Shown piece after piece: positions 42,540 through 57,126 of a stretch of DNA of 64,000 nucleotides (within the stretch, counting starts at the first letter, position 1; each line of letters begins with the position of its first letter). Below the pieces are notes generated by a model that searched no databases, was not told where the DNA came from, and saw only the letters and a program-made list of their open reading frames with translations. The position numbers and the translations under genes were made by a program. The stretch is from Vicugna vicugna (taxonomy: Eukaryota): NCBI GenBank assembly GCA_013265495.1, contig MU058423.1:137061-201060 (forward strand), given 5' to 3'.

Positions 42540-44090
42540 TCCAGCAGACCCAGCCAGAGGTGTTATCACACCAGGAGCTTCACACCCAGCGGTCGCCGAA
42601 GCGAGTGGTTTCGCTTTGAGATCATCAGCTCCATCACCCTCAGTGCAGTCTCGCCACCACGAACCGAGGGCGAGGAGACACCACCCTCCCGTCCTAATGG
42701 ATGTCTAACCTAAAGCTAGGTTGAAATAAGGTTTCCTTCTCTCCATCCCCTTCCCACAACAGCAGACCCTCCTTCCCAAGGAAATTTGAGGCGTACGACG
42801 CCAGAACCGGGCGGGGAAGAGGCAGAGAGCTGGTGGGGCGGTTCCCGGGGTGGCCCAGAGCCGGAGGAAGTTTTGCAGGCGACCGGCCCTGCGGGCCGGC
42901 AGCCAATCGCGAGGCAGAGCCGGCAGGAGCGAGCACCGCCCCCAGGAGCCCTTGGGGGCGAGGCCTGCCCTGGGGAGGGGCCACGGCCGAGGGCGGGGCA
43001 GGGAGGCAGCATGCTAAACCGGGTGCGCTCGGCGGTGGCGCACCTGGTGAGCTCTGGGGGTGCCCCGCCTCCGAGCCCCAAGTCCCCGGACCTGCCCAAA
43101 GCGACCTCGGCGCTGCCCGCCGCCCCTCCAGAAGCTCCCAGGAGCCCTCCGGCGAGGGCTGAGAGAGGTAGCGCGGCGCCTGCGAAGACGGTAGAGGCTC
43201 GAGCGAGCTTCTCTCGACCGACATTTCTGCAGCTGAGCCCTGGGGGGCTGCGACGCGCCGACGACCACGCTGGCCGGGCTGTGCAAAGCCCCCCGGACAC
43301 CGGCCGTCGCCTACCTTGGAGCACGGGCTACGCCGAGTGAGCGTCCCCGGGGGCACCCTAACCAAGATGGGATTCCCACCGCAAACCCCTCCCCACCTCC
43401 GCATCGCGGACTTTGGGATGCGACCCCCTCGCTGCGCTCTGTTCCAGGAGCTCCTTTTTCCCAGGACCTTTGCTGTCTCCTGGGATTCTGGCCGCGCTCA
43501 CGCCCAGCTTTTTCTCAAGTCGGGTCCAGCCTTCCTCAGGACCTTCCAACTCGTTGACTACCCTCACCCACGCCGCTTCAGGACCTTGTGCTCTCCCAGA
43601 GCCCCGAGGGTGGAGGGCCCGCTAACGATGAGTTGGCCAGTTCTCAGTTCCGGCCCGGTAGCTCAGTGGCTAAGGGAGGAGAGGTTTCGAGGAGCGGGGG
43701 TCCCTTTTAATAGAGGAGATAGCAGCTGGAAAAGCTCCTTGGGCTTCCCGACCCCAGCGCCCCAGTTCCCTGTCCCTCTTACCGTTCCCCTCCCCCTCCA
43801 CACCCAGAAATAGCCGGCGACACCAGGCGGCCGCAGGCTTCCCCGGGGCGGGGGAGGGGCCGCCCGGGGAACCGGGAGGGTCTCCTTCGAACACCCCTGG
43901 GCCGGTGGACTTGCCCTGGCCAGGCAAGGAAGTGGACCCTGGGGCGACAGCGGTCGCAGTGGTGGGAACAGCCGGCTTGCTCGGAGGCCGCGTGTATTTT
44001 TAATGCGTCTGCTGGGAAAGCAGAGCACTGAGGGAGAAGGGGGCGCTCAGGTGGCGGAGGGCGATGGCTGGTGACCCGGCGGCCCCACTA
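42540..44090 (+). promoter_or_regulatory. PPM1J: CpG island promoter of PPM1J
   Basis: CpG-dense region spanning exon 1; GC boxes GGGCGGGG near 42810 and 42991; CCAAT at 42903-42907 followed by TCGCGA. Confidence 0.8.
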
Positions 44091-47000
44091 CCAGCTCCTT
44101 TAACTTCCTATTTGGGAAGAGTTGGCGGTTAGGTGGTTCCTGCGCAGTCCAGGGGGGCTCCCACTCCTACCTTGTTTCAATTCCTCTTTCCTGATCTGGG
44201 CTGGAGCACCTACTCATTTCCAAAGCAGCAGAAACTTTTCACTGGGTGATTTTAGAATAAAGGTGGGTGTGCTTATGAGGGTGGGGTGCTGTGGACAAGG
44301 CACTGGAAGGGTTTATTGGGAGTCAGGGTGGGATGTAGGGTCTTGGCAAGCCAGGAATAAAAGTCTCCTTTTCTCGGTCCAGGCCTCTCCCAGCAGCACC
44401 ATTAGGGATGTCCCTTAGCCAGGGACTGGGAAACAGGCAGGAAGGTGCTGCTGTGGACTTTCTGTGATGTGATGGGCCCAGCACCCAGACAGTACTCCTT
44501 GTGCCTTGCCCTGCCTCCTGCTTCCCTTTTCCTCCTCCCTCTGGCCTGGTTCCCAGGTGGCTGTGACCTTTCTCAGCTTGGCCTGCAGGCCAGAGAGGGT
44601 ATGTGTGTCTAAGGTGGGAGTTATTCCAGGCCCTGGTCTGGTGTCCAACCTGATGTGGTCACTCTGGCCTGGCAGGGTCATCAACGCTGGTAAGAGCCGG
44701 CACAATGAGGACCAGGCTTGCTGTGAAGTGGTGTATGTGGAAGGTCGGAAGAGTGTTTCAGGGGCACCCAGGGAGCCCAGCCGAGGCCAGGTAAGCCCCC
44801 ACCTCATTTTCTAGCCTCTAGAGACATGGCTGACACCTCTGCCCAGGGATTCTAGGCATCCAGTTGTAAATCTGAGCCATGTGAGAGACCTTCCTTCTAA
44901 TTCACTAGCTTTCTACCTTCTGGCAAAGAACCTTTATCTGGCATTGGTCAGTTAGAGTCCACCATGTCAGTGTAAATATCTAGTTTTCACTTAAAATACA
45001 GATGCTTATGTATTTATTGATGATTTGCCGTGTATTTACTTGGTAATTACCAAGGCTTATTTTTGCATCTTTTATCTTCTCAGTTTGACTTTTTTTGATC
45101 CTTTGCTTTCAGACACATAGTAGGCCCTTGGTGAATGAGTGAATAAATCTAATTTGCCTTTAACACCAAGCTCTGACCTCTCTGATGTTTGCATGGCTGC
45201 CCAGAGTCTTGCTCCTCTCTCTGCATAACGCACACACATATACACACACTCACCACCAACTTTTCTCCTCCAGGGACTCTGCTTCTACTACTGGGGCCTG
45301 TTTGATGGGCATGCAGGGGGTGGAGCTGCCGAAATGGCCTCTAGGCTTCTGCATCGCCACATTCAGGAGCAGCTAAAGGACCTGGTAGAGATACTCCAGG
45401 ACCCCTCGCCACCTCCCCTCTGCCTCCCGTCCACTCCGGGGGCTCCAGGTTCCTCTGATCCCTCTCATTTGGTTGGTCCTCAGTCCTGCTGGTCTTCGCA
45501 GAAGGAAGTGACTCATGAGAGCCTGGTAGTGGGTGCCATTGAGAATGCCTTCCAGCTCATGGTAAGTGTGTGGCCCAGACCAAGGGGCTGTCTGTCTGCT
45601 AGGCAGACATGCTGGTCAGCTCTGTATGGGAGTCAGGTGGCCTAAGGAGATGATCCTGAGAACCCACAACAGCTTTGAGAGCCTGAGCAGAGCTTGGTTC
45701 AGAGGGAGGGAGAAGTGGGTGTTATACCTGTGTCTTCCTTACTCTCCGCCAGCTTGGCTTGCCTGGGCCAGTTTACTTCTGCAGATAGGGGCGGGGGTGG
45801 CTGTGTCTCTGGAACCTCTTCTTCATCCACCCGCTTTGACCCTTCCTTATATGGCAGGATGAGCAGATGGCCCGGGAGCGGCGTGGCCACCAAGTGGAGG
45901 GGGGCTGCTGTGCACTGGTTGTGGTCTACTTGCTAGGCAAGGTGTACGTGGCCAATGCAGGTGACAGCAGGTATGGGGTGGGGGCTTTGAAACTGGCTAC
46001 AGGGATGGTCACACTCTCTGGGATGGTAGATAGTGGTGGGTGTGAAAAATCACAGACTGGAGGGGGTGAGGAGGGATCAGAGACATAAGGAAGGGCCTGA
46101 AATAGCTATGACAGAAGAAAACTGGGGGTCTGGGTGAGGGGTCCTATGGGAGGGCCTTGTCTTTTTGGAATTCTTTATGGGGGGGTTGAGGAGAGCCATG
46201 CCCAAACCTTTTCTTTCTCTGGGCAGAGCCATCATTGTCCGGAATGGTGAAATCATTCCAATGTCCCGGGAGTTCACCCCGGAGACTGAGCGCCAGCGTC
46301 TTCAGCTGCTTGTAAGTAGGAACGAAAACTCCCTCCTCTCTTTCTCTGTTGACTCTTGTGCCCCTCTGTACCCTATGTCCCAAGGACTCCCCCACCCCTA
46401 CCACACAGACAGGTAGCTCCTTTCCTGGAGCTCACTAGGAAGGCCACTCCACAGACGATGGAGTGCAGGGCTGAGCTGGTGTAGAGGATGCAGCAGGAAG
46501 GAGCGGGGGCTGCTCCAGTGCTCACACTGTGGTACCAACTGAGGAAGGAAGTGGAATCAGAGGTGGGGGAAGGAAACAGCAAAGGTCCTTAAGGGGCAGT
46601 ATGGCTTAGTGGTTTAAAGCAGTGACTGGAGCTGGGCTGCCTAGGACTGAATCCTGGTTTGAGTACTTTGCTAATTGTGTAATCTCTGACAATTCCCTTA
46701 ACTTCTCCATGCGTCAATAGTTCCTGCCTTAAAGGTTGCCTTAAAGGATTACATGAGTTAATATATTTTCATAGTGTAACAGTGCATGGCACACAGTAAA
46801 CTCCTTTTAAGGGTCTGCTACAGTTAACATCATCTGTACACCAGGGTGTGCTGTAAACCTAATGCCCTCCGGCCCTCTGCTCTGTTTGGCCACTCCCAAC
46901 CCCAGGGCTTCCTGAAACCAGAGCTGCTGGGTGGTGAATTTACCCACCTTGAGTTCCCCCGCAGAATTCAGCCTAAGGAGCTGGGGCAGAGGATGCTGTA

Positions 47001-48112
47001 CCGGGACCAGAACATGACTGGCTGGTAACACTTCCCTTGGGGCTGGGGCCCGTTTCCATGGCAACAACCTTGCCAGCAGCAAGGTAGAAGCTGGAGGCTG
47101 GGCTAGGCTGGGAGTTGAGGGGATGTGGCCCTTCTAGGGGGTTGGTGTGAGGGGTGCAGCTCCTAGGGGAGAGGGGCTTTGATGCCTGGGTGATGCCTCC
47201 TCTACTCCCCCCTCCCCAGGGCCTACAAAAAGATCGAGCTGGAGGATCTCAGGTTTCCTCTGGTCTGTGGGGAGGGCAAAAAGGTAAACTCCATGGTAGA
47301 GGTGGGAGAGGGCAGGAGGACCCACCACAACTTGTCTAGGGAGGCGGAGGTTCTGCCCGAGGGTAGGGGTGGCAGGGGTCCACGGTCCCAGAGAGTCTGG
47401 GTGAGGGCTGTAGCAGCACCCACTCCTCTTCTCCTTTAGGCTCGAGTGATGGCCACCATTGGGGTGACCAGGGGCTTGGGAGACCACAACCTCAGGGTCT
47501 GCAGTTCCACCCTGCCCATCAAGCCCTTCCTCTCCTGCTTCCCTGAGGTGAGCCGCGTGGGGGGCTCCCTAATCACACCTTCCCTCCTCTGGGCATCTCC
47601 AGTTGGCTGGTTTTTCACCCAAGGTCTCTCCATCCCTGAGCTCCCTCTGTACCCTCTTTCCCCACCAGGTGCGAGTGTATGACCTGACGCAATACGAGCA
47701 CTGCCCAGACGATGTGCTAGTCCTGGGAACAGATGGGCTGTGGGATGTCACCAGTGATTGTGAGGTAGCCGCCACTGTGGACAGGGTGCTGTCAGCCTAT
47801 GAGCCCAATGACCCCAGCAGGTAGGGGTTGTATGGCGGCAAGGGGATGACGATGGGGAAGGAAGGGACAAAGGGAAGCAATGCTTGGGGACCCACGTGAG
47901 GGCCTGTGTCTCTGTCTTCCCATATACATGTTGGTACATGAATGTGCACATGTGCTCCTGGCAGGTACACAGCTCTGGCCCAAGCTCTGGTCCTGGGGGC
48001 CCGGGGCACCCCTCGGGACCGTGGCTGGCGTCTCCCCAACAACAAGCTGGGTTCCGGGGATGATATCTCGGTCTTCGTCATCCCCCTGGGAGGGCCAGGC
48101 AGTTACTCCTGA
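43011..48112 (+). CDS. PPM1J: Protein phosphatase Mg2+/Mn2+-dependent 1J (PP2C-zeta), 505 aa, 10 coding exons
   Basis: Exons 43011-43336, 44676-44790, 45274-45561, 45858-45970, 46227-46311, 46906-47024, 47220-47283, 47440-47547, 47669-47820, 47965-48112 (1518 nt, all GT-AG, phases consistent). N-terminus MLNRVRSAVAHLVSSGG; PP2C motifs WGLFDGHAG, YVANAGDSRA, LGTDGLWD and GSGDDISV. Confidence 0.97.
46590..46800 (+). mobile_element. MIR SINE in PPM1J intron 5
   Basis: ggcagtatggcttagtggttt...gaatcctgg...cttaacttctc...aaggattacatgagttaat...gtgcatggcacacagtaaa. Confidence 0.6.
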
Positions 48113-48262
48113 GTGGCTCAGCCCCGAACCTCCCACCACCATCCCAGCCTCTCCGTGCTTATCCCTCTCCCAACCCAAATTCTGAAGTTGTCTCTCAGAC
48201 CTTCTTTAGTGGCAATTTAACTGAAGAGGTGCCAGTTAGAGCCAAAATTATAGCTCATGGCA

Positions 48263-48268
48263 AATAAA
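48263..48268 (+). terminator. PPM1J: PPM1J polyadenylation signal AATAAA
   Basis: AATAAA about 150 nt after the stop, followed by the GT/T-rich element ggtgtgtctttttattt. Confidence 0.75.
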
Positions 48269-48379
48269 CCGGATGGATAAAGGTGTGTCTTTTTATTTAC
48301 TTTGCCTGGAAACTCAAAGGTAAGGAAACACTATCTGGGGTGGTGGGAGGAAGTCCAGAACTGTCCTACAAAATGTAGT

Positions 48380-48960
48380 GTTCCCCAGCTCCTTCTTCTG
48401 CCCTCTGCTCTTCCCGCTGCAAGCACTCTCATCCACTTCGTCCATATGCTGGCATCTTCCGAGTCACAACTTCCAGCCCAGACCTTTCCTGAGCTTTAGA
48501 CCTACATGTCCCAGTTGTTTCCTGAACATCTAGACATCCCACAGGCATGGCAACTCAAAATCCTCCAACTGAATTAATCATTTCCCCCAAAACATGTTCC
48601 TTCTCCCAGCTCATCATCTCAGGGGGTGCCAGCTCAGCTACTCAAATCAGAAATCTTGGAGGTGGTTACCTCTGGCTTCCATTTCTTCCTCATCAGACCT
48701 GTCCACAGTGTGAATCTGAGTTGGTTATTCCTTTGAGAGAATACTTCGGTGGCTCCTTACTGCATCTACGCCAAAATTGACACTCAGCTCTTGAGCGTAG
48801 CATATAAGGACCTTCCTGATCTGGCCACTGCTTCCTTCTCCAGCCCTGTCTTTCCCCACTATCACCACCCTCTCGGGGCTTCCGTTGTTCTGTTGGCCTG
48901 GCGTAGCTCCAGTTCATTTAAAATCTACACCTCATCCTCAACACTTCACTTGTCCTTCCA
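48380..48960. mobile_element. L2 fragment between PPM1J and RHOC
   Basis: Pyrimidine-rich L2-like text: cctttcctgagctttagacc...aactgaattaatcatttcccc...aggaccttcctgatctggcc. Confidence 0.5.
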
Positions 48961-50059
48961 CAGCTCACACACACCCCGACTACAGTGTTCACCTCCTGGA
49001 CTGTAACTGTCCAAATGAGGAGTTGGGATGGAGCAGCAATTAAGAGCGGGGGCTTGAGGGTCCTGCTCTTTGGGTCCTGATGCCAAACCCAACACTAGGT
49101 CTTCAATCTCTCTGAGCCTCAATTTGCTTTTCAGAAAAATGGAGATAACAGTACTATTTCATGAGGTTGTAAGGACTAAAGTAGTTCATGTATGTTGAGC
49201 CAGGTCTAGGTAATAAGGGCTCAATAACTGTTAGTGATCCATAAATTCTTTGAAGGCAGAAATCTATTTGAACTGAGCACATTGCTCAGTTTTATTGAGC
49301 CATTTAAGAGGCCTGCGGACCAAACTGCTCTGGACCCGTTTCTTCATTTAGCAAATATATGAATTGCTCTTTAGACCTTTAAAGTCTATATGACTTCTAA
49401 CATATGTTTCATTCAGCAAGTATTTGTTGAAAACCTATTATGTGCCACACACAGTGCCAGACAGTGGAAAGGGACAAGTTGGAGGATTATAGTGGGCAGT
49501 GGGCAACAGGGAGAGAGACCAGTTTTGGAGTCAGACAGGCCTGACTATCTGAGTTCTTGCTTTGCCACATACAAACAGCAAAATTTGGGCAAGCCACTTA
49601 ACTTTCCTGAGCCTCAGTTTCCTTACAGGTAAAAAGGGATGGGTATACTTAACCCAAAGACTTACGATGAGTATTGAAAGCTATGTACTCTACTGAGCAC
49701 AAGCTAAAAAAATGTTGGTAGACTTCCTCATCTTCCATCCACCTCCTCAGGCACCTTTCAGGGAAGGAGATACACATGTGCGTAATACCCAGTGCACAAG
49801 TCAGACCCAGCTGGGTGTCCCTAGCAGCACAGAAATAATACAGTGGGGATGGGAACTGAATTCCCAGCTGCGGATCCAAAAGGATTTCCAGGAGTGCCCT
49901 TTGAGGGATGGGTAGGAGTTGGAAATTCCAGGAAGGAGGAAGGAAATTGTGAGGTGGAACCAGGTGCCATGAATCTCAAAGGTTCTGAAAGGTCTCCAGG
50001 GCTGGGACATGATGTTGGGCTGTACTTACTCCGCAATGATTATAGGAGCAGAAAGTGGG

Positions 50060-51100
50060 CATCTTTCCCGGCCCCCTCTTGGGCGTCCTTTCCCAGTCCC
50101 GCCTCCCGCGAAGCCCCAGGTGGTGTAGGCGCGGGTGGTGGGTTGGCCACGGGAGGGCAGCAGCGGCCCTTTACTGACCCCACCCCGAGCGCCTCTCAAC
50201 TTTCTCGTCGCCGGTCCGCCTCTAGGAGCTGGAAGGTGGGGCAGAGGCAGAGTCCTCGGGGGTCCCGCTCGCCGGGCCTCGCCCCGCCGCCCACTCCTCC
50301 ACAGTCCAGGCATCTCCCCGGACTCCAGGGGCCGGAGCCCCAGACCCCGGGCCAGCGGCTCTGCGACCCGCAGGGACCGTGGGCGGGGGCCGGGGGCGGG
50401 CAGAGCCGAGGGCAGCGCGGCCCGCCCCTCCCCCTGCCGGGCCCGCCCCTCCCCGCGAGTCGCCCCTCCCCGCCGCGGCGCTGGAGGAGGGCGGGGCGGT
50501 GCCCCTTGGGTCAGTCTCTGCCTCCGGCACCGGCCGCGCAGCTGGGAGCGGCGGAGCGGAAGGTATCCCGGGTTGGGGCTGGGGGCGGCGGGGCGTCATG
50601 GGAGCTCGTCCCCGGCGGAGCACTTTCCCCCTTGTCCTCTTGGCCGGAGCGCGGGCCGCCTGCCCTCCCCTCCCCTCGGACGCGGCGTCTGGGCTGCGCG
50701 GGGTTCGGGCCGGCTCGGCCGCTCCCTGTCCTCCTGGGCTGCAGCGACGGGCCCCCGGGAATTGCCCCGCAGGGCCTCTCGCCTCTCAGTGTCCGAGCCG
50801 GAGTCCCAGCCCTTCCCCTCCCGGCTTCCTGGAACCTGCCCGGCCGTGCGAGGAGACAGGGGGCAACTTAGGTCCCCGCGAGGCAGCCCCGGCCCAGACG
50901 CTGTAGCTCCCAGGCCGGGCGGCTCGCTGTGGACCGGGGCTGGGGCGTGGGTCCGGGCCGGAGTTCGGGTGGAGGAGGGAATTCCCCCTGCCAGGCCGGT
51001 GGAGTGGCGGGAATAGGAGCCCGATGTGACCTCCTGGGCTGCCACTGCTCCGGGGGTCTGGACGCCGCCCTAGATGGTTTCTGGAGCCGGCCTAGAGTGG
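50060..51100 (+). promoter_or_regulatory. RHOC: CpG island promoter and non-coding exon 1 of RHOC (donor at 50562/50563)
   Basis: Very GC/CpG-rich with multiple GGGCGG boxes; ...GCGGAGCGGAAG|GTATCC donor. Confidence 0.8.
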
Positions 51101-51134
51101 GAGGTAGGGGAGACTGGGAAGGATCCAGCTCCTT

Positions 51135-51159
51135 TGTGTGTGTGTGTGTGTGTGTGTGT
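51135..51159. repeat. (TG)n microsatellite in RHOC intron 1
   Basis: Directly visible in the sequence. Confidence 0.9.
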
Positions 51160-52025
51160 AAGAATCCCCTCCCAACCCCTTCCCGCACACCTCAGCCTGG
51201 CTAAAGATTATCCTGGGGGTTTTGGGCTGGGGCACTCGAGGCTGAATCCAGCTCTCACTTCTGGTTTTAAAGATGGAGGATTTGATTTCTTCCCTAGACC
51301 TCAGGGGTGGTCGGCAAGGTACAGCGGCCCCTGGGTCATCTGGAAATCTAGAGAATGATTGAGGAGAGGGCAGCTGTTTTGTCCCAGGGAAGGCCCCAGG
51401 AGTTCCATGCTCCACTCCAGGCCTCGTGTGGGGTTTGGTTGCCATTCTTAGGGTCAGCGGGGCAGTTCCTCAGGGGCTGCCTCTCACAGGGAGGTGTTGT
51501 CCTTGTCATCTTGGCCTTGGGCTTTCTGGCTTGGCCTGGCCTCAGTCAACTGTTCTTCTGGCCCAATCAGAGCCTGAAGGGAAGGTCTTCTAATTGAGCC
51601 GGGGGCTCCAGATCATTTAATGCATGTCCTTGCTCCTCTGCCCCCCACCATCTGGTGCCACCTAAACTGCCCTGCTGGGGGAGGGCAGTGGCATACTCAT
51701 GCCTGAGCAACTGGTATTCACCCCAGTGGTGAATACCCTCTATCCCTACATCAACACTGCCCATCCCAACTTGGGGCTACCCCAGCCTGTCTTCCCACAG
51801 TTGGACCAATAGAACTAGTGGGAATGGGTGAGGGGGTTGGTCACCTGGGTAGAATTTCTAGGGACTCCCCTTTTTGAAGGATGGTTTCCATAAGGGTGAA
51901 TACCTTCTTGCCCCTCTTTTGGGGTATCTGGGAGAGCCCCTTTTGTGGGAGGGAGAATGTGGCTGTGCACTCTCAACGCCTATAAATTCTCTCTGACTCA
52001 TATCCACTTCCCCTCATCCCAGTTT

Positions 52026-52029
<4 letters not shown>

Positions 52030-52062
<33 letters not shown>
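52030..52062. repeat. (TG)n microsatellite in RHOC intron 1
   Basis: Directly visible in the sequence. Confidence 0.9.
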
Positions 52063-52063
<1 letters not shown>

Positions 52064-52379
52064 GGGGATGGGGGGCAGGGAGACACCCCCAGGATCTCAC
52101 TGTTGAAAAGAACTAGCCTTGGGCTGGAGTATTCGCTTCCTAAAAGGCAGACCAAGGCAGGGGTGTGAGGCGGTGGTGGTATGTGGGGAGTAAAGGAGTT
52201 CAGCCTAGTTTGACAGGATGTGGGACTGAGAGAAAAAGCCAGGTTTTGGGCAGAGATCGGGTTACCATCCTCTTCTTTCTTAACTACTCCCTCCCTGGTT
52301 GGTGCTGGGACTGGCCCTCATTTGTCTTTTTTTGGGGGCTCCTCCCAGCAGCGGCTCTAGTCCCCCCTCCTCCCAACAG

Positions 52380-52457
52380 CCTCCACTTCATCTCAGCTCC
52401 AGAGCCCGCCCTCTCTTCCTCCTAGACTGTGGGCCTGGGAACTCCAGCCGGCTGGAG
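52380..52457 (+). other. RHOC: RHOC non-coding 5'UTR exon
   Basis: Pyrimidine tract plus AACAG| acceptor and GAG|GTCAGC donor; CTTCATCTCAGCTCCAGAGCCCGCCCTCTCTTCC resembles the mammalian RHOC 5'UTR as I recall it. Confidence 0.7.
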
Positions 52458-53531
52458 GTCAGCTCCTCTCCCCGGGGAAGGAGGAAGTGAGGCTCAGCTC
52501 AGGGGCAGGGAATCAAATCGGGGAAGGTGTGATGAACTGTGCAGATGCTCTTCGGTGTGTGTTGGGAGCGAGGGACACATGGAAACCCCGGGAAGCTGAC
52601 TCTTTGCCCTGAGTCACAGGGAGGGGTGGGCAGGGCCTCTGGGTGAGCTGGACAGAGAGGGAAGGGGCTGTTCCAGGAAGTGGATGGAGGTGATTCCCTA
52701 GTGGATTATTCTCAGTCACTCTGCTGTGGTAGATGTGTGGCTCCCTACAGTGTGGTCATTGTCCCCTGCCTGGGGCTGAGTGACCCAGTGTTGCTGCCAG
52801 GCCCAGGAGGAAGGGGGGAGGAAGGCAGGCTGCCCGAATGTGGGCTGTGGGCACTGCCCAGACTGAGCCTCCTTTGTGTGAGTTGAGGCTCTGGGGATGG
52901 GGATGGGGTGGGCCAGGGAAGCCGGCTGGCTATTGCCGCTGCCCTCTGTCTGGGACTCCCTCCCTCTGCTCTCCTTTGCACCTCTGGGGTGGTATGTAGA
53001 AAAGGCAGCAGATTCTGGAGTCGCACAGCCCTGCTTTGAGTGCCATCCCTGCTATGACCCTGAATATGTGTCTTACCCTCAATGAGCCTCACTTTCCTAG
53101 TTTGTCAAGGTGCCCATCATAGTGCCTGGCACCTAGGGGTGCGATATGCTTTCCCTTGCCCACCCGCCAGCCTGTGGTCTTGGAGAGGGACTCTTTGTTT
53201 CTCACTGGGCAGGCATGACTTGTGCTGAGTGAGGGACAGTGTGTTCCAGATTAGACCTTCTCGATGATTAAACTTTAAAAGTATCGAAATCCTGGTAACA
53301 AATAAGTCTGACTTGAAACCCTGATATGATAAAAGCTGGCTCTCTGGACACGTCCCTAAGCACCTCGCTAGGTGTCCAGGGGCCCACAGTTTTAGTGGAT
53401 TAGATTAGAACTCATGCTTTCTGGCTCCCAAGTGGGTGGTCCTCCCACCTCCCACATTTGTATTCTCACCTACTGGGGAGACCTGTCCCTGACCCTGAGG
53501 TCAGGAATTTCAAGCTCAGTTGCCTGAATAA

Positions 53532-56048
<2,517 letters not shown>

Positions 56049-56454
56049 GACCCCCCAAGGCCTCCCCTACTACCCCGCCTCCCTTCCCAGGGGTGCAGAA
56101 CCCCCCCCCCACCCTTTCCCAATTCCCTCCTGCCCAGGACTGCATCGTATCCTCAGCCCTGGTGGTGGTGGCCTGGTGGCCGTAGGCCCTCCCTCTCAGC
56201 ACTCTGGGACCTTAGGGCTATGTCCTGCCCTTCCAGAGCACAGTCCCTCCTCAAGTTGCCTTGGTCCAGGGGTGGGGCTCTTGATCCCTTGGCCTTCCCC
56301 AGAGGATCATCACACACCAGCACTTTATACACTTCTGGCTCACAGGAGAGTATGTGGGGCAGGGGTCTTGGAAGGTGTAGCCCAGAGTCCCGGGCCCCTG
56401 GTGTTTCTGCTTTGGGCAGGGGCCTTGTCTCTGGCTATACTTGGTGGGGGCATG

Positions 56455-56460
56455 AATAAA
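56455..56460 (+). terminator. RHOC: RHOC polyadenylation signal AATAAA
   Basis: AATAAA about 400 nt after the stop, with a downstream GT/pyrimidine-rich stretch. Confidence 0.75.
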
Positions 56461-57126
56461 GGCCACAGGCTCCAACACGTGTGTAGCTTCCTGACTTTCT
56501 CTCCTGGTCCCTGTCTTGGCTCTAAGCCTGCAGTCCCATCTCTCCAAGTTGCTTGCCAGGTTGGCCCTCTTGTCTGCAAAGGCAGGCAGGGTGGAGTCTT
56601 GGAGAAAAGAATGAGGTCATGCCTGGCTCTGGGCCTTGGAGGCGGGTGAGGGGAGTGGTCTGGGAGCAGGGGCTAAACTTAGAAGCCTGTGGGTGGCTTC
56701 CCTGCCACCTCCCACTGGGTTTCCTCCCCTGGATGTGGGCAGGGGAGGAGGTGTGGGTTCCTTTCTAGCCAGGAGACGGGTATGTCCCTGGGCAGGGTGT
56801 GATAGTCCCACTCTCCCCTGTGGGGTCATCTTGGGAGTTCAGGAAGCTGGGGCCAGGCTGAGGAGACAGGAGGCTCTTGCATAGAACAAGATATTTTCAG
56901 TTTTTCTTTATCCACCTTCCCCCAATTGTTAGCAGCTTGATGTGTCATTCTTCCCCAGCAGGGGAGAGGGTGGAATGGCTGGGGATATAAACTCCCTCCC
57001 CAGCCTTCCCGTCCCTTGGGAGGGGAGGCTCAGCTGGGGTCCGGTTCAAGCTGGGGTCTGGTTCAGGGTCGGGGTCAGGTGTGTGGTTAAGGCTTGGGTG
57101 GTGTAAGAAGACCATCTGCTGTGTCC

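Noticed and set aside
42786..43010. N-terminal extension of PPM1J from the 184-aa ORF
   Set aside because: Starts at a non-ATG codon in promoter sequence upstream of the CCAAT/GC boxes; the ATG at 43011 gives the expected 505-aa protein.
49843..51045. Long ORFs (342, 293, 175, 149 aa) over the RHOC promoter
   Set aside because: Pro/Gly/Arg/Ala-rich ORFs in several frames and on both strands arise from the scarcity of stop codons in a CpG island; no recognisable domain.
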